Part shown: piece after piece, positions 29,810-42,230 of the stretch
How the letters are laid out: every line of letters starts with the position of its first letter
Numbering within the stretch: the first letter of the stretch is position 1
Source: Escherichia coli
GTDB lineage: Bacteria; Pseudomonadota; Gammaproteobacteria; Enterobacterales; Enterobacteriaceae
Length of the DNA: 64,000 bases
Reading direction: 5' to 3' (one strand)
Assembly: GCF_022846255.1 (NCBI RefSeq)
Contig: NZ_AP025682.1
The notes under the pieces: model-generated
The model's database searches: none
The model's input: only the letters and a program-made list of their open reading frames with translations
Told to the model about the DNA's origin: nothing
Translations under genes and position numbers: made by a program

Positions 29810-31456
29810 ATGTCAAACAAACCCTTTATCTACCAGGCACCTTTCCCGATGGGGAAAGACAATACCGAATACTATCTACTCACTTCCGATTACGTTAGCG
29901 TTGCCGACTTCGACGGCGAAACCATCCTGAAAGTGGAACCAGAAGCCCTGACCCTGCTGGCGCAGCAAGCCTTTCACGATGCTTCTTTCATGCTCCGCCC
30001 GGCACACCAGAAACAGGTTGCGGCTATTCTTCACGATCCAGAAGCCAGCGAAAACGACAAGTACGTGGCGCTGCAATTCTTAAGAAACTCCGAAATCGCC
30101 GCCAAAGGCGTGCTGCCGACCTGCCAGGATACCGGCACCGCGATCATCGTCGGTAAAAAAGGTCAGCGCGTGTGGACCGGTGGCGGTGATGAAGAAGCAC
30201 TGTCGAAAGGTGTCTATAACACCTATATCGAAGATAACCTGCGCTATTCACAGAACGCGCCGCTGGACATGTATAAAGAGGTCAACACCGGCACGAACCT
30301 GCCTGCGCAAATCGACCTGTATGCGGTAGATGGCGATGAGTACAAATTCCTCTGTGTCGCTAAAGGCGGCGGCTCTGCCAACAAAACGTATCTCTACCAG
30401 GAAACCAAAGCCCTGCTGACGCCCGGCAAACTGAAAAACTTCCTCGTCGAGAAAATGCGTACCCTCGGTACTGCGGCCTGCCCGCCGTACCATATCGCGT
30501 TTGTGATTGGCGGTACGTCTGCGGAAACCAACCTGAAAACCGTCAAGTTAGCAAGCGCTCACTATTACGATGAACTGCCGACGGAAGGGAACGAACATGG
30601 TCAGGCGTTCCGCGATATCCAGCTGGAACAGGAACTGCTGGAAGAGGCCCAGAAACTCGGTCTTGGCGCGCAGTTTGGCGGTAAATACTTCGCGCACGAC
30701 ATCCGCGTTATCCGTCTGCCACGTCACGGCGCATCCTGCCCGGTAGGCATGGGCGTTTCCTGCTCCGCAGACCGTAATATCAAAGCGAAAATTAACCGCG
30801 AAGGTATCTGGATCGAAAAACTGGAACACAATCCAGGCCAGTACATTCCAGAAGAACTGCGTCAGGCAGGTGAAGGCGAAGCAGTGAAAGTCGACCTTAA
30901 CCGCCCGATGAAAGAGATCCTTGCCCAGCTTTCGCAATACCCGGTATCCACCCGCTTGTCGCTCACCGGCACCATTATCGTGGGTCGCGATATTGCACAC
31001 GCCAAGCTGAAAGAGCTGATTGACGCCGGTAAAGAACTGCCGCAGTACATCAAAGATCACCCGATCTACTACGCGGGTCCGGCGAAAACGCCTGCCGGTT
31101 ATCCATCAGGTTCACTTGGCCCAACCACCGCAGGTCGTATGGACTCCTACGTGGATCTGCTGCAATCCCACGGCGGCAGCATGATCATGCTGGCGAAAGG
31201 TAATCGCAGTCAGCAGGTTACCGACGCGTGCCATAAACACGGCGGCTTCTACCTCGGTAGCATCGGCGGTCCGGCGGCGGTACTGGCGCAGCAGAGCATC
31301 AAGCATCTGGAATGCGTCGCTTATCCGGAGCTGGGTATGGAAGCTATCTGGAAAATCGAAGTAGAAGATTTCCCGGCGTTTATCCTGGTCGATGACAAAG
31401 GTAACGACTTCTTCCAGCAGATCGTCAACAAACAGTGCGCGAACTGCACTAAGTAA
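29810..31456 (+). CDS. fumB: Class I fumarate hydratase (anaerobic)
   Basis: 548 aa, Fe-S fumarase family. Confidence 0.95.
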   Translation: MSNKPFIYQAPFPMGKDNTEYYLLTSDYVSVADFDGETILKVEPEALTLLAQQAFHDASFMLRPAHQKQVAAILHDPEASENDKYVALQFLRNSEIAAKGVLPTCQDTGTAIIVGKKGQRVWTGGGDEEALSKGVYNTYIEDNLRYSQNAPLDMYKEVNTGTNLPAQIDLYAVDGDEYKFLCVAKGGGSANKTYLYQETKALLTPGKLKNFLVEKMRTLGTAACPPYHIAFVIGGTSAETNLKTVKLASAHYYDELPTEGNEHGQAFRDIQLEQELLEEAQKLGLGAQFGGKYFAHDIRVIRLPRHGASCPVGMGVSCSADRNIKAKINREGIWIEKLEHNPGQYIPEELRQAGEGEAVKVDLNRPMKEILAQLSQYPVSTRLSLTGTIIVGRDIAHAKLKELIDAGKELPQYIKDHPIYYAGPAKTPAGYPSGSLGPTTAGRMDSYVDLLQSHGGSMIMLAKGNRSQQVTDACHKHGGFYLGSIGGPAAVLAQQSIKHLECVAYPELGMEAIWKIEVEDFPAFILVDDKGNDFFQQIVNKQCANCTK

Positions 31457-31578
31457 CCTCTTCGGCCCAGCGCCTGGCAGCATGCTGCCAGGTGATCCCC
31501 CTGGGCCACCTCTTTTGCGATTGTAATTTCACGCTTACTGGTCAATAGTCAGTATTTTCCCTGACTTGCGAACTCACC

Positions 31579-32229
31579 ATGACCCGCACACTCAAGCCGT
31601 TAATTCTTAACACCGGCGCACTGGCGCTAACGTTAATCCTGATTTATACCGGCATTTCGGCCCATGACAAACTCACCTGGCTGATGGAAGTGACACCGGT
31701 GATTATTGTCGTGCCGCTACTGCTTGCCACCGCTAAACGTTATCCGTTAACGCCGCTGCTTTATACGCTCATTTTCTTTCACGCCATCATCCTGATGGTC
31801 GGCGGGCAATACACCTACGCGAAAGTCCCCGTTGGTTTTGAGGTGCAGGAATGGCTGGGGTTGAGCCGTAATCCGTATGACAAACTGGGGCATTTTTTCC
31901 AGGGGCTGGTGCCTGCACTGGTGGCACGAGAGATCCTCGTGCGCGGGATGTACGTTCGCGGGCGTAAAATGGTGGCGTTTCTGGTCTGTTGTGTCGCGCT
32001 GGCGATAAGCGCGATGTATGAGTTAATCGAGTGGTGGGCAGCGCTGGCAATGGGCCAGGGCGCAGATGATTTTCTCGGTACTCAAGGCGACCCGTGGGAT
32101 ACGCAATCCGATATGTTCTGCGCACTACTGGGCGCATTAACGACGGTGATATTCCTCGCCCGCTTTCATTGCCGCCAGCTACGGCGCTTTGGCTTAATCA
32201 CCAGAGCGCCGGAAGCGATTACCCCTTAA
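31579..32229 (+). CDS. yjdF: Inner membrane protein YjdF
   Basis: 216-aa multi-TM ORF; its stop overlaps the melA stop on the opposite strand (TTAA at 32226-32229). Confidence 0.85.
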   Translation: MTRTLKPLILNTGALALTLILIYTGISAHDKLTWLMEVTPVIIVVPLLLATAKRYPLTPLLYTLIFFHAIILMVGGQYTYAKVPVGFEVQEWLGLSRNPYDKLGHFFQGLVPALVAREILVRGMYVRGRKMVAFLVCCVALAISAMYELIEWWAALAMGQGADDFLGTQGDPWDTQSDMFCALLGALTTVIFLARFHCRQLRRFGLITRAPEAITP

Positions 32230-33581
32230 CGGTGCAACCAGCCTGGCAGCCAGTCGCCGTGGGCGGCAATCAGGTCGTCAACAAGAGCATATATTTCGTC
32301 AATGCCCAGCACGGCGGCAGTATGCGGGTCCATCATCGCGGCGTGGTAAACACGGTCGCGGTTTTCCGTAAGAATGGCTTCGGTCAGCAGCGTCTGTACG
32401 TTGATGTTGGTTTGCATCAGAGCGGCCAGATGCGAAGGTAGCGTACCGACTTTGGTCGGCTGAATGCCATTAGCATCAACCAGACAGGCTACTTCCACGC
32501 AACATCCTTGTGGCAGGTTATCAATCAATCCATCGTTACGGACGTTGCCGTAAATCACACTCGGCTCGCCAGTCCAGATAGCGTTCATGATTGTGCTGGC
32601 ATATTCCCGTGACGGTTTAATATCAATCCGGGAGGCGTTCTTATACTCCTCCAGCTCTTTATGCCAGTTCGCCAGCTGCTCGACGCAGCGTTTCGGGTAC
32701 TCATCCAGCGGTACTTTATAACGCTCAATCAAATCCTCACGACCTGGCTTAATAAACCACGGCGTGTACTCAGCAAAATGTTCTGACGATTCCGTGACGA
32801 AGTAGCCCAGCTTTTTGAACATTTCGTAGCGCACAATATTCTGGCAGCGAGTATTGCCATGAATATTCGGCTTCGGTGCCTGCCCTGCTTCATAAGCCGC
32901 CAGCAGTTCCGGGTAGAGATTCACGTAACTGCCGTCGGCGGTTTTGCGCTCCAGTTCCAGGTAAAACGCCATATGGTTGATACCTGCGCAACGGTAACGC
33001 AGCGTAGCCGGATCGATATTGAGGTCACGCGCCAGCTCTTCCGCCGTTCCCTGCACCGAATGGCACAGCCCTACCTGCTTGATATGCGGATAGCGGGCAT
33101 ACATCGCCCAGGTATTCATCGCCATTGGGTTAACGTAGTTGAGCATGGTGGCATCGGGGCAGACTTCCGTCATGTCCTCGCAAATTTGCCACAGGTGCGG
33201 AATGGTACGTAGCGCGCGCATAATACCGCCCGGCCCCAACGTATCGGCAATGGTTTGTTCCAGACCATGCCGCTTACAGACCTCGAAATCAGTCACCGTG
33301 CAAGGTTCATAACCGCCAATCTGAAATGCCACCACCACAAAATCAGCATCCTGTAAGGCTTCTTTCTGTTGGGTGTGGCAGGTGATTTTGCCGCTGGCCC
33401 CTGCTGAATCCATCAGCTTACGCACCACAATGTGCGACTCTTCCAGGCGGGTGGGATCAATGTCCATCAGGGCAATATGCGCCGTTTTCAGCGCCTCGCG
33501 ATGGAACACATCACCAAGAATATTTTTAACGAAAATCGTCGAACCAGCGCCGATAAATGTAATTTTAGGTGCAGACATCAT
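32226..33581 (-). CDS. melA: Alpha-galactosidase (GH4, NAD/Mn-dependent)
   Basis: 451 aa; GH4 N-terminal Rossmann motif KITFIGAGSTIF. Confidence 0.95.
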   Translation of the reverse strand: MMSAPKITFIGAGSTIFVKNILGDVFHREALKTAHIALMDIDPTRLEESHIVVRKLMDSAGASGKITCHTQQKEALQDADFVVVAFQIGGYEPCTVTDFEVCKRHGLEQTIADTLGPGGIMRALRTIPHLWQICEDMTEVCPDATMLNYVNPMAMNTWAMYARYPHIKQVGLCHSVQGTAEELARDLNIDPATLRYRCAGINHMAFYLELERKTADGSYVNLYPELLAAYEAGQAPKPNIHGNTRCQNIVRYEMFKKLGYFVTESSEHFAEYTPWFIKPGREDLIERYKVPLDEYPKRCVEQLANWHKELEEYKNASRIDIKPSREYASTIMNAIWTGEPSVIYGNVRNDGLIDNLPQGCCVEVACLVDANGIQPTKVGTLPSHLAALMQTNINVQTLLTEAILTENRDRVYHAAMMDPHTAAVLGIDEIYALVDDLIAAHGDWLPGWLHR

Positions 33582-33863
33582 GCAGATCTCCTGGCTTGCT
33601 TGAATGACTTCATCATGGCAGGCGATATCGCAGAAAACCTCCGGTTTCCCGGTTGAGCATTCCCAAAAACTCAGATCCTAAGTGGCACATCAATAGATCT
33701 GAGTTTATGGGAATAAATTACCTGAAAAGCTGAATAATCGACCCCAGTCTTCTCATCCGCTCTCCTCGCACCTCCAGGGAGAGAAATAAAACCGTGCGCC
33801 TGTTCGCAGTCATCCTCCCTCACTCCTGCCATAATTCTGATATTCCAGGAAAGAGAGTCATCC
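33582..33863. promoter_or_regulatory. Divergent melR / melA promoter region
   Basis: Intergenic region between divergently transcribed melA and melR; MelR and CRP sites expected from established knowledge, not individually resolved. Confidence 0.5.
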
Positions 33864-34772
33864 ATGAATACAGATACGTTTATGTGCAGCAGCGACGAAA
33901 AGCAGACCCGTAGCCCACTGTCGCTGTATTCAGAATACCAGCGGATGGAAATTGAGTTTCGCGCACCGCATATCATGCCCACCAGCCACTGGCATGGTCA
34001 GGTCGAAGTGAATGTGCCTTTCGATGGCGATGTGGAATACCTGATCAACAATGAAAAAGTGAATATCAATCAGGGTCATATCACGCTGTTCTGGGCCTGT
34101 ACACCGCACCAACTAACAGATACCGGAACCTGTCAGAGCATGGCGATTTTTAATCTGCCGATGCATCTGTTTCTCTCCTGGCCGCTGGATAAAGACCTGA
34201 TTAACCACGTTACTCACGGCATGGTGATCAAATCACTGGCGACACAGCAACTTAGCCCGTTTGAAGTGCGCCGCTGGCAGCAGGAATTAAACAGTCCGAA
34301 CGAGCAAATTCGCCAGCTCGCCATTGATGAAATTGGCCTGATGCTCAAGCGATTTAGCCTCTCTGGCTGGGAACCGATTCTGGTCAATAAAACCTCGCGC
34401 ACACACAAAAACAGCGTCTCGCGCCATGCGCAATTTTATGTCAGCCAGATGCTGGGCTTTATTGCCGAAAACTATGATCAGGCGCTGACCATCAACGATG
34501 TGGCTGAGCACGTCAAACTTAACGCCAACTATGCAATGGGGATATTCCAGCGGGTCATGCAATTGACGATGAAACAGTACATAACCGCGATGCGCATCAA
34601 CCACGTTCGCGCGTTACTGAGCGATACCGATAAAAGTATTCTCGATATTGCCCTGACGGCAGGCTTTCGTTCGAGTAGCCGTTTTTACAGCACGTTCGGC
34701 AAATATGTCGACATGTCGCCGCAACAATACCGCAAACTTAGCCAACAGCGCCGCCAGACGTTTCCCGGCTAA
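33864..34772 (+). CDS. melR: AraC-family melibiose operon activator
   Basis: 302 aa with a C-terminal AraC-type HTH. Confidence 0.95.
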   Translation: MNTDTFMCSSDEKQTRSPLSLYSEYQRMEIEFRAPHIMPTSHWHGQVEVNVPFDGDVEYLINNEKVNINQGHITLFWACTPHQLTDTGTCQSMAIFNLPMHLFLSWPLDKDLINHVTHGMVIKSLATQQLSPFEVRRWQQELNSPNEQIRQLAIDEIGLMLKRFSLSGWEPILVNKTSRTHKNSVSRHAQFYVSQMLGFIAENYDQALTINDVAEHVKLNANYAMGIFQRVMQLTMKQYITAMRINHVRALLSDTDKSILDIALTAGFRSSSRFYSTFGKYVDMSPQQYRKLSQQRRQTFPG

Positions 34773-34970
34773 AGACGATATCAGTATCAGCCAAAAAAAT
34801 AGTTTAGCCGTCGATAATAAGCAGTGAAAATAATTTAAAATAATCACATAACGTGTTGTTTATAAAAATAAATATTTCAAAAATGTTTGTTTTTCACGCG
34901 CTTTACAGCCCGAAAAGGCCGGAAGATACTTGCCCGCAACGAAGATTCCTTCATAACCGGGTAAGCAATG

Positions 34971-37238
34971 ATGAAAGTATTAATTGTTGAAAGCGAGTTT
35001 CTCCATCAAGACACCTGGGTCGGTAACGCCGTTGAGCGTCTGGCAGATGCTTTAAGCCAGCAAAATGTTACCGTGATTAAATCCACCTCCTTTGATGATG
35101 GTTTTGCCATTCTCTCTTCAAACGAAGCCATTGACTGCCTGATGTTCAGCTATCAAATGGAACATCCGGACGAACATCAAAACGTCAGACAATTGATCGG
35201 TAAGCTTCATGAGCGCCAACAAAACGTGCCGGTCTTCCTGTTGGGCGATCGGGAAAAAGCCCTCGCCGCAATGGACCGGGATCTGCTGGAGCTTGTCGAT
35301 GAATTCGCCTGGATTCTGGAAGATACTGCCGACTTTATCGCCGGACGCGCCGTTGCCGCGATGACCCGCTACCGCCAGCAGCTGTTGCCGCCACTGTTCA
35401 GCGCGCTGATGAAATATAGCGACATCCATGAATATTCCTGGGCAGCGCCAGGCCACCAGGGCGGCGTTGGTTTTACTAAAACACCCGCCGGACGTTTCTA
35501 CCATGACTACTATGGTGAAAATCTGTTCCGCACCGACATGGGCATCGAACGCACTTCCCTCGGTTCTTTGCTTGACCATACTGGCGCATTTGGCGAAAGC
35601 GAAAAATATGCCGCACGCGTATTTGGTGCCGATCGCTCCTGGTCGGTAGTCGTCGGTACTTCCGGCTCTAACCGCACCATCATGCAGGCTTGCATGACCG
35701 ATAACGATGTCGTGGTCGTTGACCGTAACTGCCATAAATCCATCGAACAAGGCTTGATGCTGACAGGCGCGAAACCGGTCTACATGGTGCCAAGCCGCAA
35801 CCGCTACGGCATTATCGGGCCAATCTATCCGCAGGAAATGCAACCTGAAACCTTGCAGAAGAAAATCAGTGAAAGCCCGCTGACCAAAGACAAAGCCGGG
35901 CAAAAACCGTCTTACTGCGTGGTGACCAACTGCACCTATGACGGCGTGTGTTATAACGCTAGAGAAGCACAGGATCTGCTGGAAAAAACCTCCGATCGTC
36001 TGCACTTTGACGAAGCCTGGTACGGCTATGCACGTTTCAACCCGATCTATGCCGATCACTATGCCATGCGCGGCGAACCTGGCGATCACAACGGTCCTAC
36101 CGTTTTCGCCACCCACTCCACCCACAAACTGCTGAATGCGCTGTCCCAGGCCTCTTATATTCATGTACGTGAAGGTCGTGGGGCGATTAACTTCTCCCGC
36201 TTCAACCAGGCCTACATGATGCATGCCACCACCTCCCCGCTGTATGCCATCTGCGCATCCAACGACGTGGCGGTGTCGATGATGGACGGCAACAGCGGCC
36301 TGTCACTGACCCAGGAAGTGATCGACGAAGCGGTTGATTTCCGTCAGGCGATGGCGCGGCTATATAAAGAGTTCACCGCTGACGGTAGCTGGTTCTTCAA
36401 ACCGTGGAACAAAGAAGTCGTCACCGACCCACAAACCGGCAAAACCTATGACTTTGCTGACGCACCAACCAAACTGCTGACCACCGTTCAGGACTGCTGG
36501 GTCATGCATCCGGGCGAAAGCTGGCACGGCTTCAAAGATATTCCGGATAACTGGAGTATGCTCGACCCAATTAAAGTCAGCATCCTTGCTCCGGGAATGG
36601 GTGAAGATGGTGAACTGGAAGAAACCGGTGTTCCGGCGGCGCTGGTCACTGCCTGGCTTGGTCGCCACGGCATTGTGCCTACCCGCACCACTGACTTCCA
36701 AATTATGTTCCTGTTCTCTATGGGCGTAACCCGTGGGAAATGGGGGACTCTGGTTAACACCCTTTGCTCCTTCAAACGCCACTATGACGCCAACACACCG
36801 CTGGCGCAGGTGATGCCGGAACTTGTTGAACAATATCCTGACACTTACGCGAACATGGGGATTCACGATCTGGGTGACACCATGTTTGCCTGGCTGAAAG
36901 AAAACAACCCTGGCGCACGGTTGAACGAAGCCTATTCCGGCCTGCCGGTGGCGGAAATCACCCCGCGTGAAGCGTACAACGCGATTGTCGACAACAATGT
37001 CGAACTGGTATCCATTGAAAACCTGCCAGGACGCATCGCGGCAAACTCAGTTATCCCGTATCCGCCAGGAATCCCGATGCTGCTGTCTGGTGAAAACTTC
37101 GGCGATAAAAACAGTCCGCAAGTAAGTTATTTACGCTCGCTGCAATCCTGGGACCATCATTTCCCTGGATTTGAACACGAAACAGAAGGGACAGAAATTA
37201 TTGATGGTATTTACCACGTTATGTGTGTGAAAGCGTAA
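34971..37238 (+). CDS. adiA: Biodegradative arginine decarboxylase
   Basis: 755 aa from the second ATG (MKVLIVESEFLHQDTW…); paralogous to CadA, with the STHKLL PLP-lysine motif. Confidence 0.95.
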   Translation: MKVLIVESEFLHQDTWVGNAVERLADALSQQNVTVIKSTSFDDGFAILSSNEAIDCLMFSYQMEHPDEHQNVRQLIGKLHERQQNVPVFLLGDREKALAAMDRDLLELVDEFAWILEDTADFIAGRAVAAMTRYRQQLLPPLFSALMKYSDIHEYSWAAPGHQGGVGFTKTPAGRFYHDYYGENLFRTDMGIERTSLGSLLDHTGAFGESEKYAARVFGADRSWSVVVGTSGSNRTIMQACMTDNDVVVVDRNCHKSIEQGLMLTGAKPVYMVPSRNRYGIIGPIYPQEMQPETLQKKISESPLTKDKAGQKPSYCVVTNCTYDGVCYNAREAQDLLEKTSDRLHFDEAWYGYARFNPIYADHYAMRGEPGDHNGPTVFATHSTHKLLNALSQASYIHVREGRGAINFSRFNQAYMMHATTSPLYAICASNDVAVSMMDGNSGLSLTQEVIDEAVDFRQAMARLYKEFTADGSWFFKPWNKEVVTDPQTGKTYDFADAPTKLLTTVQDCWVMHPGESWHGFKDIPDNWSMLDPIKVSILAPGMGEDGELEETGVPAALVTAWLGRHGIVPTRTTDFQIMFLFSMGVTRGKWGTLVNTLCSFKRHYDANTPLAQVMPELVEQYPDTYANMGIHDLGDTMFAWLKENNPGARLNEAYSGLPVAEITPREAYNAIVDNNVELVSIENLPGRIAANSVIPYPPGIPMLLSGENFGDKNSPQVSYLRSLQSWDHHFPGFEHETEGTEIIDGIYHVMCVKA

Positions 37239-37573
37239 CCACTATTCCGCTGAAGGCGTAATTGTTAAATAACATTACGCCGCCTGGCTTGAGGCCTTTT
37301 AAGTATGGCAACGTTTTCATAAAAATTGCTGCAAACAAAAAATGTCATGCTTTTTGCGCGGTCCCACCCCGCGCTTTTTTTTGCCTGTTATTTATCCTTT
37401 TTTTAGCCTGTAAAAAAATATGTACATGAGAAATTACTATAAAAATTTGTAATATTAGTAAAACTCGTTATTTTTATGCATGTTTATATTCATCATACAA
37501 TTATATAACCATTTCCCGGTATCGCTTTGCTTTAGCGAGAACTGGTCTTTTATTCGCACTCAGGAGTACATGT

Positions 37574-38335
37574 ATGAGGATTTGCAGCGACCAACCTTGT
37601 ATTGTTTTATTGACTGAAAAAGATGTCTGGATAAGGGTGAATGGGAAAGAACCTATTAGCCTTAAAGCTAACCATATGGCGTTATTAAATTGTGAAAATA
37701 ATATTATCGACGTCTCCTCTCTTAATAACACTTTGGTTGCTCATATTAGTCACGACATCATCAAAGATTACCTCCGGTTTCTGAATAAAGATCTCTCGCA
37801 AATACCAGTATGGCAACGTAGCGCTACGCCCATCCTCACCCTGCCATGCCTGACGCCAGACGTCTTTCGCGTTGCCGCGCAACATAGCATGATGCCCGCT
37901 GAAACTGAGTCAGAAAAGGAACGAACACGTGCATTATTATTCACTGTGCTATCCCGTTTTCTCGACAGTAAAAAATTCCTTTCACTAATGATGTATATGT
38001 TACGTAATTGTGTAAGTGACAGCGTTTATCAAATTATTGAAAGCGATATCCACAAAGACTGGAATCTTAGTATGGTAGCCAGTTGTTTATGTCTTAGCCC
38101 AAGTCTGTTAAAGAAAAAGCTGAAAAGCGAAAACACCAGTTATAGCCAAATAATCACCACCTGCCGCATGCGTTATGCCGTAAATGAATTAATGATGGAC
38201 GGTAAAAATATCTCTCAGGTATCACAGTCCTGCGGCTACAACAGTACGTCGTACTTTATTTCTGTCTTTAAAGACTTCTACGGTATGACGCCGCTGCATT
38301 ATGTTAGTCAGCACAGAGAACGCACTGTCGCCTGA
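37574..38335 (+). CDS. adiY: AraC-family regulator of arginine-dependent acid resistance
   Basis: 253 aa, C-terminal AraC HTH, between adiA and adiC. Confidence 0.9.
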   Translation: MRICSDQPCIVLLTEKDVWIRVNGKEPISLKANHMALLNCENNIIDVSSLNNTLVAHISHDIIKDYLRFLNKDLSQIPVWQRSATPILTLPCLTPDVFRVAAQHSMMPAETESEKERTRALLFTVLSRFLDSKKFLSLMMYMLRNCVSDSVYQIIESDIHKDWNLSMVASCLCLSPSLLKKKLKSENTSYSQIITTCRMRYAVNELMMDGKNISQVSQSCGYNSTSYFISVFKDFYGMTPLHYVSQHRERTVA

Positions 38336-38471
38336 TTTTTAACCTTAACGAAGAGCTATATTAATAACGGCATCAGCGATAACCCGGCCGATAATAATTC
38401 AACTATCGAATGCAGGCGTATGATATGACGTAATTTATTGTCACGAAGCTCGCCTTCGCAGGAGTTTAATT

Positions 38472-39809
38472 ATGTCTTCGGATGCTGATGCTCACAAAGT
38501 GGGCTTAATCCCCGTCACCCTGATGGTGTCGGGGAATATTATGGGGTCAGGTGTTTTTCTGTTACCTGCAAACCTGGCCTCCACTGGCGGGATTGCCATT
38601 TATGGATGGTTGGTGACGATTATCGGTGCGCTGGGGCTCTCGATGGTATACGCCAAAATGTCGTTCCTCGACCCAAGTCCTGGTGGTTCTTACGCTTACG
38701 CCCGCCGCTGCTTTGGCCCGTTTCTCGGTTATCAAACCAACGTCCTCTACTGGCTGGCCTGCTGGATCGGCAATATCGCCATGGTGGTCATTGGCGTAGG
38801 ATATTTAAGTTACTTCTTCCCGATTCTGAAAGATCCACTGGTATTAACCATTACCTGCGTCGTGGTGCTATGGATCTTCGTCCTGCTGAATATTGTCGGT
38901 CCGAAAATGATCACCCGCGTGCAGGCCGTTGCCACCGTGCTGGCGCTGATCCCCATCGTCGGGATTGCCGTATTTGGCTGGTTCTGGTTCCGTGGTGAAA
39001 CCTATATGGCGGCATGGAACGTCAGCGGCCTGGGCACCTTCGGCGCGATTCAAAGTACCCTTAACGTTACGCTGTGGTCGTTCATCGGTGTGGAAAGTGC
39101 CTCCGTTGCCGCTGGTGTGGTGAAAAACCCGAAACGCAACGTCCCTATCGCCACCATTGGTGGGGTATTGATTGCCGCCGTTTGCTATGTACTCTCCACC
39201 ACCGCGATTATGGGGATGATCCCTAATGCCGCACTGCGCGTTTCTGCCTCGCCATTCGGTGATGCCGCACGGATGGCGTTGGGTGACACCGCCGGGGCCA
39301 TTGTTTCCTTCTGCGCAGCTGCGGGTTGCTTAGGTTCACTGGGCGGCTGGACGTTGCTGGCGGGTCAAACGGCGAAAGCCGCTGCCGATGACGGACTGTT
39401 CCCACCGATTTTTGCCCGTGTAAATAAAGCGGGTACGCCAGTGGCGGGGCTGATTATCGTCGGTATTTTGATGACCATCTTCCAGCTCAGTAGCATTTCG
39501 CCAAACGCGACCAAAGAGTTCGGTCTGGTTTCTTCCGTCTCGGTCATCTTTACACTGGTGCCATATCTTTACACCTGTGCGGCGTTACTGCTGCTCGGCC
39601 ACGGTCACTTTGGTAAAGCACGCCCGGCATATCTGGCAGTTACTACCATTGCCTTCCTCTACTGCATCTGGGCCGTGGTGGGGTCCGGGACGAAAGAGGT
39701 TATGTGGTCATTTGTCACCCTGATGGTCATCACCGCCATGTATGCGCTGAATTACAACCGGCTGCATAAAAACCCGTATCCCTTAGATGCACCAATAAGC
39801 AAAGATTAA
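38472..39809 (+). CDS. adiC: Arginine/agmatine antiporter
   Basis: 445-aa APC-family transporter, paralogous to CadB. Confidence 0.95.
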   Translation: MSSDADAHKVGLIPVTLMVSGNIMGSGVFLLPANLASTGGIAIYGWLVTIIGALGLSMVYAKMSFLDPSPGGSYAYARRCFGPFLGYQTNVLYWLACWIGNIAMVVIGVGYLSYFFPILKDPLVLTITCVVVLWIFVLLNIVGPKMITRVQAVATVLALIPIVGIAVFGWFWFRGETYMAAWNVSGLGTFGAIQSTLNVTLWSFIGVESASVAAGVVKNPKRNVPIATIGGVLIAAVCYVLSTTAIMGMIPNAALRVSASPFGDAARMALGDTAGAIVSFCAAAGCLGSLGGWTLLAGQTAKAAADDGLFPPIFARVNKAGTPVAGLIIVGILMTIFQLSSISPNATKEFGLVSSVSVIFTLVPYLYTCAALLLLGHGHFGKARPAYLAVTTIAFLYCIWAVVGSGTKEVMWSFVTLMVITAMYALNYNRLHKNPYPLDAPISKD

Positions 39810-39832
39810 TTCCCCTTAATCCAGCAAACATA

Positions 39833-39872
39833 AAAGCCAACCTTAAGAACTTAAGGTTGGCTTAATTTTGCT
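39833..39872 (+). terminator. Rho-independent terminator after adiC
   Basis: aaagccaaccttaag-aa-cttaaggttggctt hairpin followed by aattttg. Confidence 0.7.
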
Positions 39873-39912
39873 TTGCGAGCATATGCGCACTTTGTTCGAT
39901 GGAAACACCGTG

Positions 39913-41556
39913 ATGTTGAAGCGCCTACTAAAAAGACCCTCTTTGAATTTACTCGCCTGGCTATTGTTAGCCGCTTTTTATATCTCTATCTGCCTGAATA
40001 TTGCCTTTTTTAAACAGGTGTTGCAGGCGCTGCCGCTGGACTCGCTGCATAACGTACTGGTTTTCTTGTCGATGCCGGTCGTCGCCTTCAGCGTGATTAA
40101 TATTGTCCTGACACTAAGCTCTTTCTTGTGGCTTAATCGACCGCTGGCCTGCCTGTTTATTCTGGTTGGCGCGGCTGCACAATATTTCATAATGACTTAC
40201 GGCATCGTCATCGACCGCTCGATGATTGCCAATATTATTGATACCACTCCGGCAGAAAGTTATGCGTTGATGACGCCGCAAATGTTATTAACGCTGGGAT
40301 TCAGCGGCGTGCTTGCTGCGCTGATTGCCTGCTGGATTAAAATCAAACCAGCCACCTCGCGCCTGCGCAGTGTTCTTTTCCGTGGAGCCAATATTCTGGT
40401 TTCTGTACTGCTGATTTTGCTGGTCGCCGCACTGTTTTATAAAGACTACGCCTCGTTGTTTCGCAATAACAAAGAGCTGGTGAAATCCTTAAGCCCCTCT
40501 AACAGCATTGTTGCCAGCTGGTCATGGTACTCCCATCAGCGACTGGCAAATCTGCCGCTGGTGCGAATTGGTGAAGACGCGCACCGCAACCCGTTAATGC
40601 AGAACGAAAAACGTAAAAATTTGACCATCCTGATTGTCGGCGAAACCTCGCGGGCGGAGAACTTCTCCCTCAACGGCTACCCGCGTGAAACTAACCCGCG
40701 GCTGGCAAAAGATAACGTGGTCTATTTTCCTAATACCGCATCTTGCGGCACGGCAACGGCAGTTTCAGTACCGTGCATGTTCTCGGATATGCCGCGTGAG
40801 CACTACAAAGAAGAGCTGGCACAGCACCAGGAAGGCGTGCTGGATATCATTCAGCGAGCGGGCATCAACGTGCTGTGGAATGACAACGATGGCGGCTGTA
40901 AAGGCGTTTGCGATCGCGTACCTCACCAGAACGTCACCGCGCTGAACCTGCCTGGTCAGTGCATCAACGGCGAGTGCTATGATGAAGTACTGTTCCACGG
41001 GCTGGAAGATTACATCAATAACCTGCAGGGTGATGGCGTGATTGTCTTACACACCATCGGCAGCCACGGCCCGACCTATTACAACCGCTATCCGCCGCAG
41101 TTCAGGAAATTTACCCCAACCTGCGACACTAACGAGATCCAGACCTGTACCCAAGAGCAACTGGTGAACACTTACGACAACACGCTGGTTTACGTCGACT
41201 ATATTGTTGATAAAGCGATTAATCTGCTGAAAGAACATCAGGATAAATTTACCACCAGCCTGGTTTATCTTTCTGACCACGGTGAATCGTTAGGTGAAAA
41301 TGGCATCTATCTGCACGGTCTGCCTTATGCCATCGCCCCGGATAGCCAAAAACAGGTGCCGATGCTGCTGTGGCTGTCGGAGGATTATCAAAAACGGTAT
41401 CAGGTTGACCAGAACTGCCTGCAAAAACAGGCGCAAACGCAACACTATTCACAAGACAATTTATTCTCAACCTTATTGGGCCTGACTGGCGTTGAGACGA
41501 AGTATTACCAGGCTGCGGATGATATTCTGCAAACTTGCAGGAGAGTGAGTGAATGA
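39913..41556 (+). CDS. eptA: Lipid A phosphoethanolamine transferase
   Basis: 547 aa from M16 of the track ORF ([18 protein letters not shown]…); sulfatase-like C-terminal domain; stop overlaps the basR start. Confidence 0.95.
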   Translation: MLKRLLKRPSLNLLAWLLLAAFYISICLNIAFFKQVLQALPLDSLHNVLVFLSMPVVAFSVINIVLTLSSFLWLNRPLACLFILVGAAAQYFIMTYGIVIDRSMIANIIDTTPAESYALMTPQMLLTLGFSGVLAALIACWIKIKPATSRLRSVLFRGANILVSVLLILLVAALFYKDYASLFRNNKELVKSLSPSNSIVASWSWYSHQRLANLPLVRIGEDAHRNPLMQNEKRKNLTILIVGETSRAENFSLNGYPRETNPRLAKDNVVYFPNTASCGTATAVSVPCMFSDMPREHYKEELAQHQEGVLDIIQRAGINVLWNDNDGGCKGVCDRVPHQNVTALNLPGQCINGECYDEVLFHGLEDYINNLQGDGVIVLHTIGSHGPTYYNRYPPQFRKFTPTCDTNEIQTCTQEQLVNTYDNTLVYVDYIVDKAINLLKEHQDKFTTSLVYLSDHGESLGENGIYLHGLPYAIAPDSQKQVPMLLWLSEDYQKRYQVDQNCLQKQAQTQHYSQDNLFSTLLGLTGVETKYYQAADDILQTCRRVSE

Positions 41557-42221
41557 AAATTCTGATTGTTGAAGACGATACGCTGTTATTGCAGGGATTG
41601 ATTCTGGCGGCGCAAACCGAAGGCTACGCGTGCGATGGCGTGACAACCGCGCGGATGGCGGAACAAAGCCTTGAGGCCGGTCATTACAGCCTGGTGGTAC
41701 TGGATTTAGGGTTACCCGACGAAGATGGACTGCATTTTCTCGCCCGTATCCGGCAGAAAAAATACACCCTGCCGGTACTGATCCTCACCGCTCGCGATAC
41801 GCTGACCGACAAAATCGCCGGGCTGGATGTCGGTGCCGATGACTATCTGGTGAAGCCTTTTGCGCTGGAAGAGTTACACGCCCGTATCCGCGCCCTGCTA
41901 CGACGCCATAATAATCAGGGCGAAAGTGAGCTGATTGTTGGCAATCTGACGCTGAATATGGGTCGCCGTCAGGTATGGATGGGCGGTGAAGAGTTGATTC
42001 TGACGCCCAAAGAATATGCTCTGCTGTCACGGTTAATGCTCAAAGCAGGCAGCCCGGTGCATCGGGAAATTCTCTACAACGACATCTATAACTGGGACAA
42101 TGAACCCTCGACCAACACCCTGGAAGTGCATATCCACAATCTGCGCGACAAAGTGGGCAAAGCCCGTATCCGCACCGTGCGCGGATTTGGCTATATGCTG
42201 GTCGCAAATGAGGAAAACTAA
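41553..42221 (+). CDS. basR: Response regulator BasR/PmrA (OmpR family)
   Basis: 222 aa; receiver domain plus winged-helix. Confidence 0.95.
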   Translation: MKILIVEDDTLLLQGLILAAQTEGYACDGVTTARMAEQSLEAGHYSLVVLDLGLPDEDGLHFLARIRQKKYTLPVLILTARDTLTDKIAGLDVGADDYLVKPFALEELHARIRALLRRHNNQGESELIVGNLTLNMGRRQVWMGGEELILTPKEYALLSRLMLKAGSPVHREILYNDIYNWDNEPSTNTLEVHIHNLRDKVGKARIRTVRGFGYMLVANEEN

Positions 42222-42230
42222 TTGAATCTG

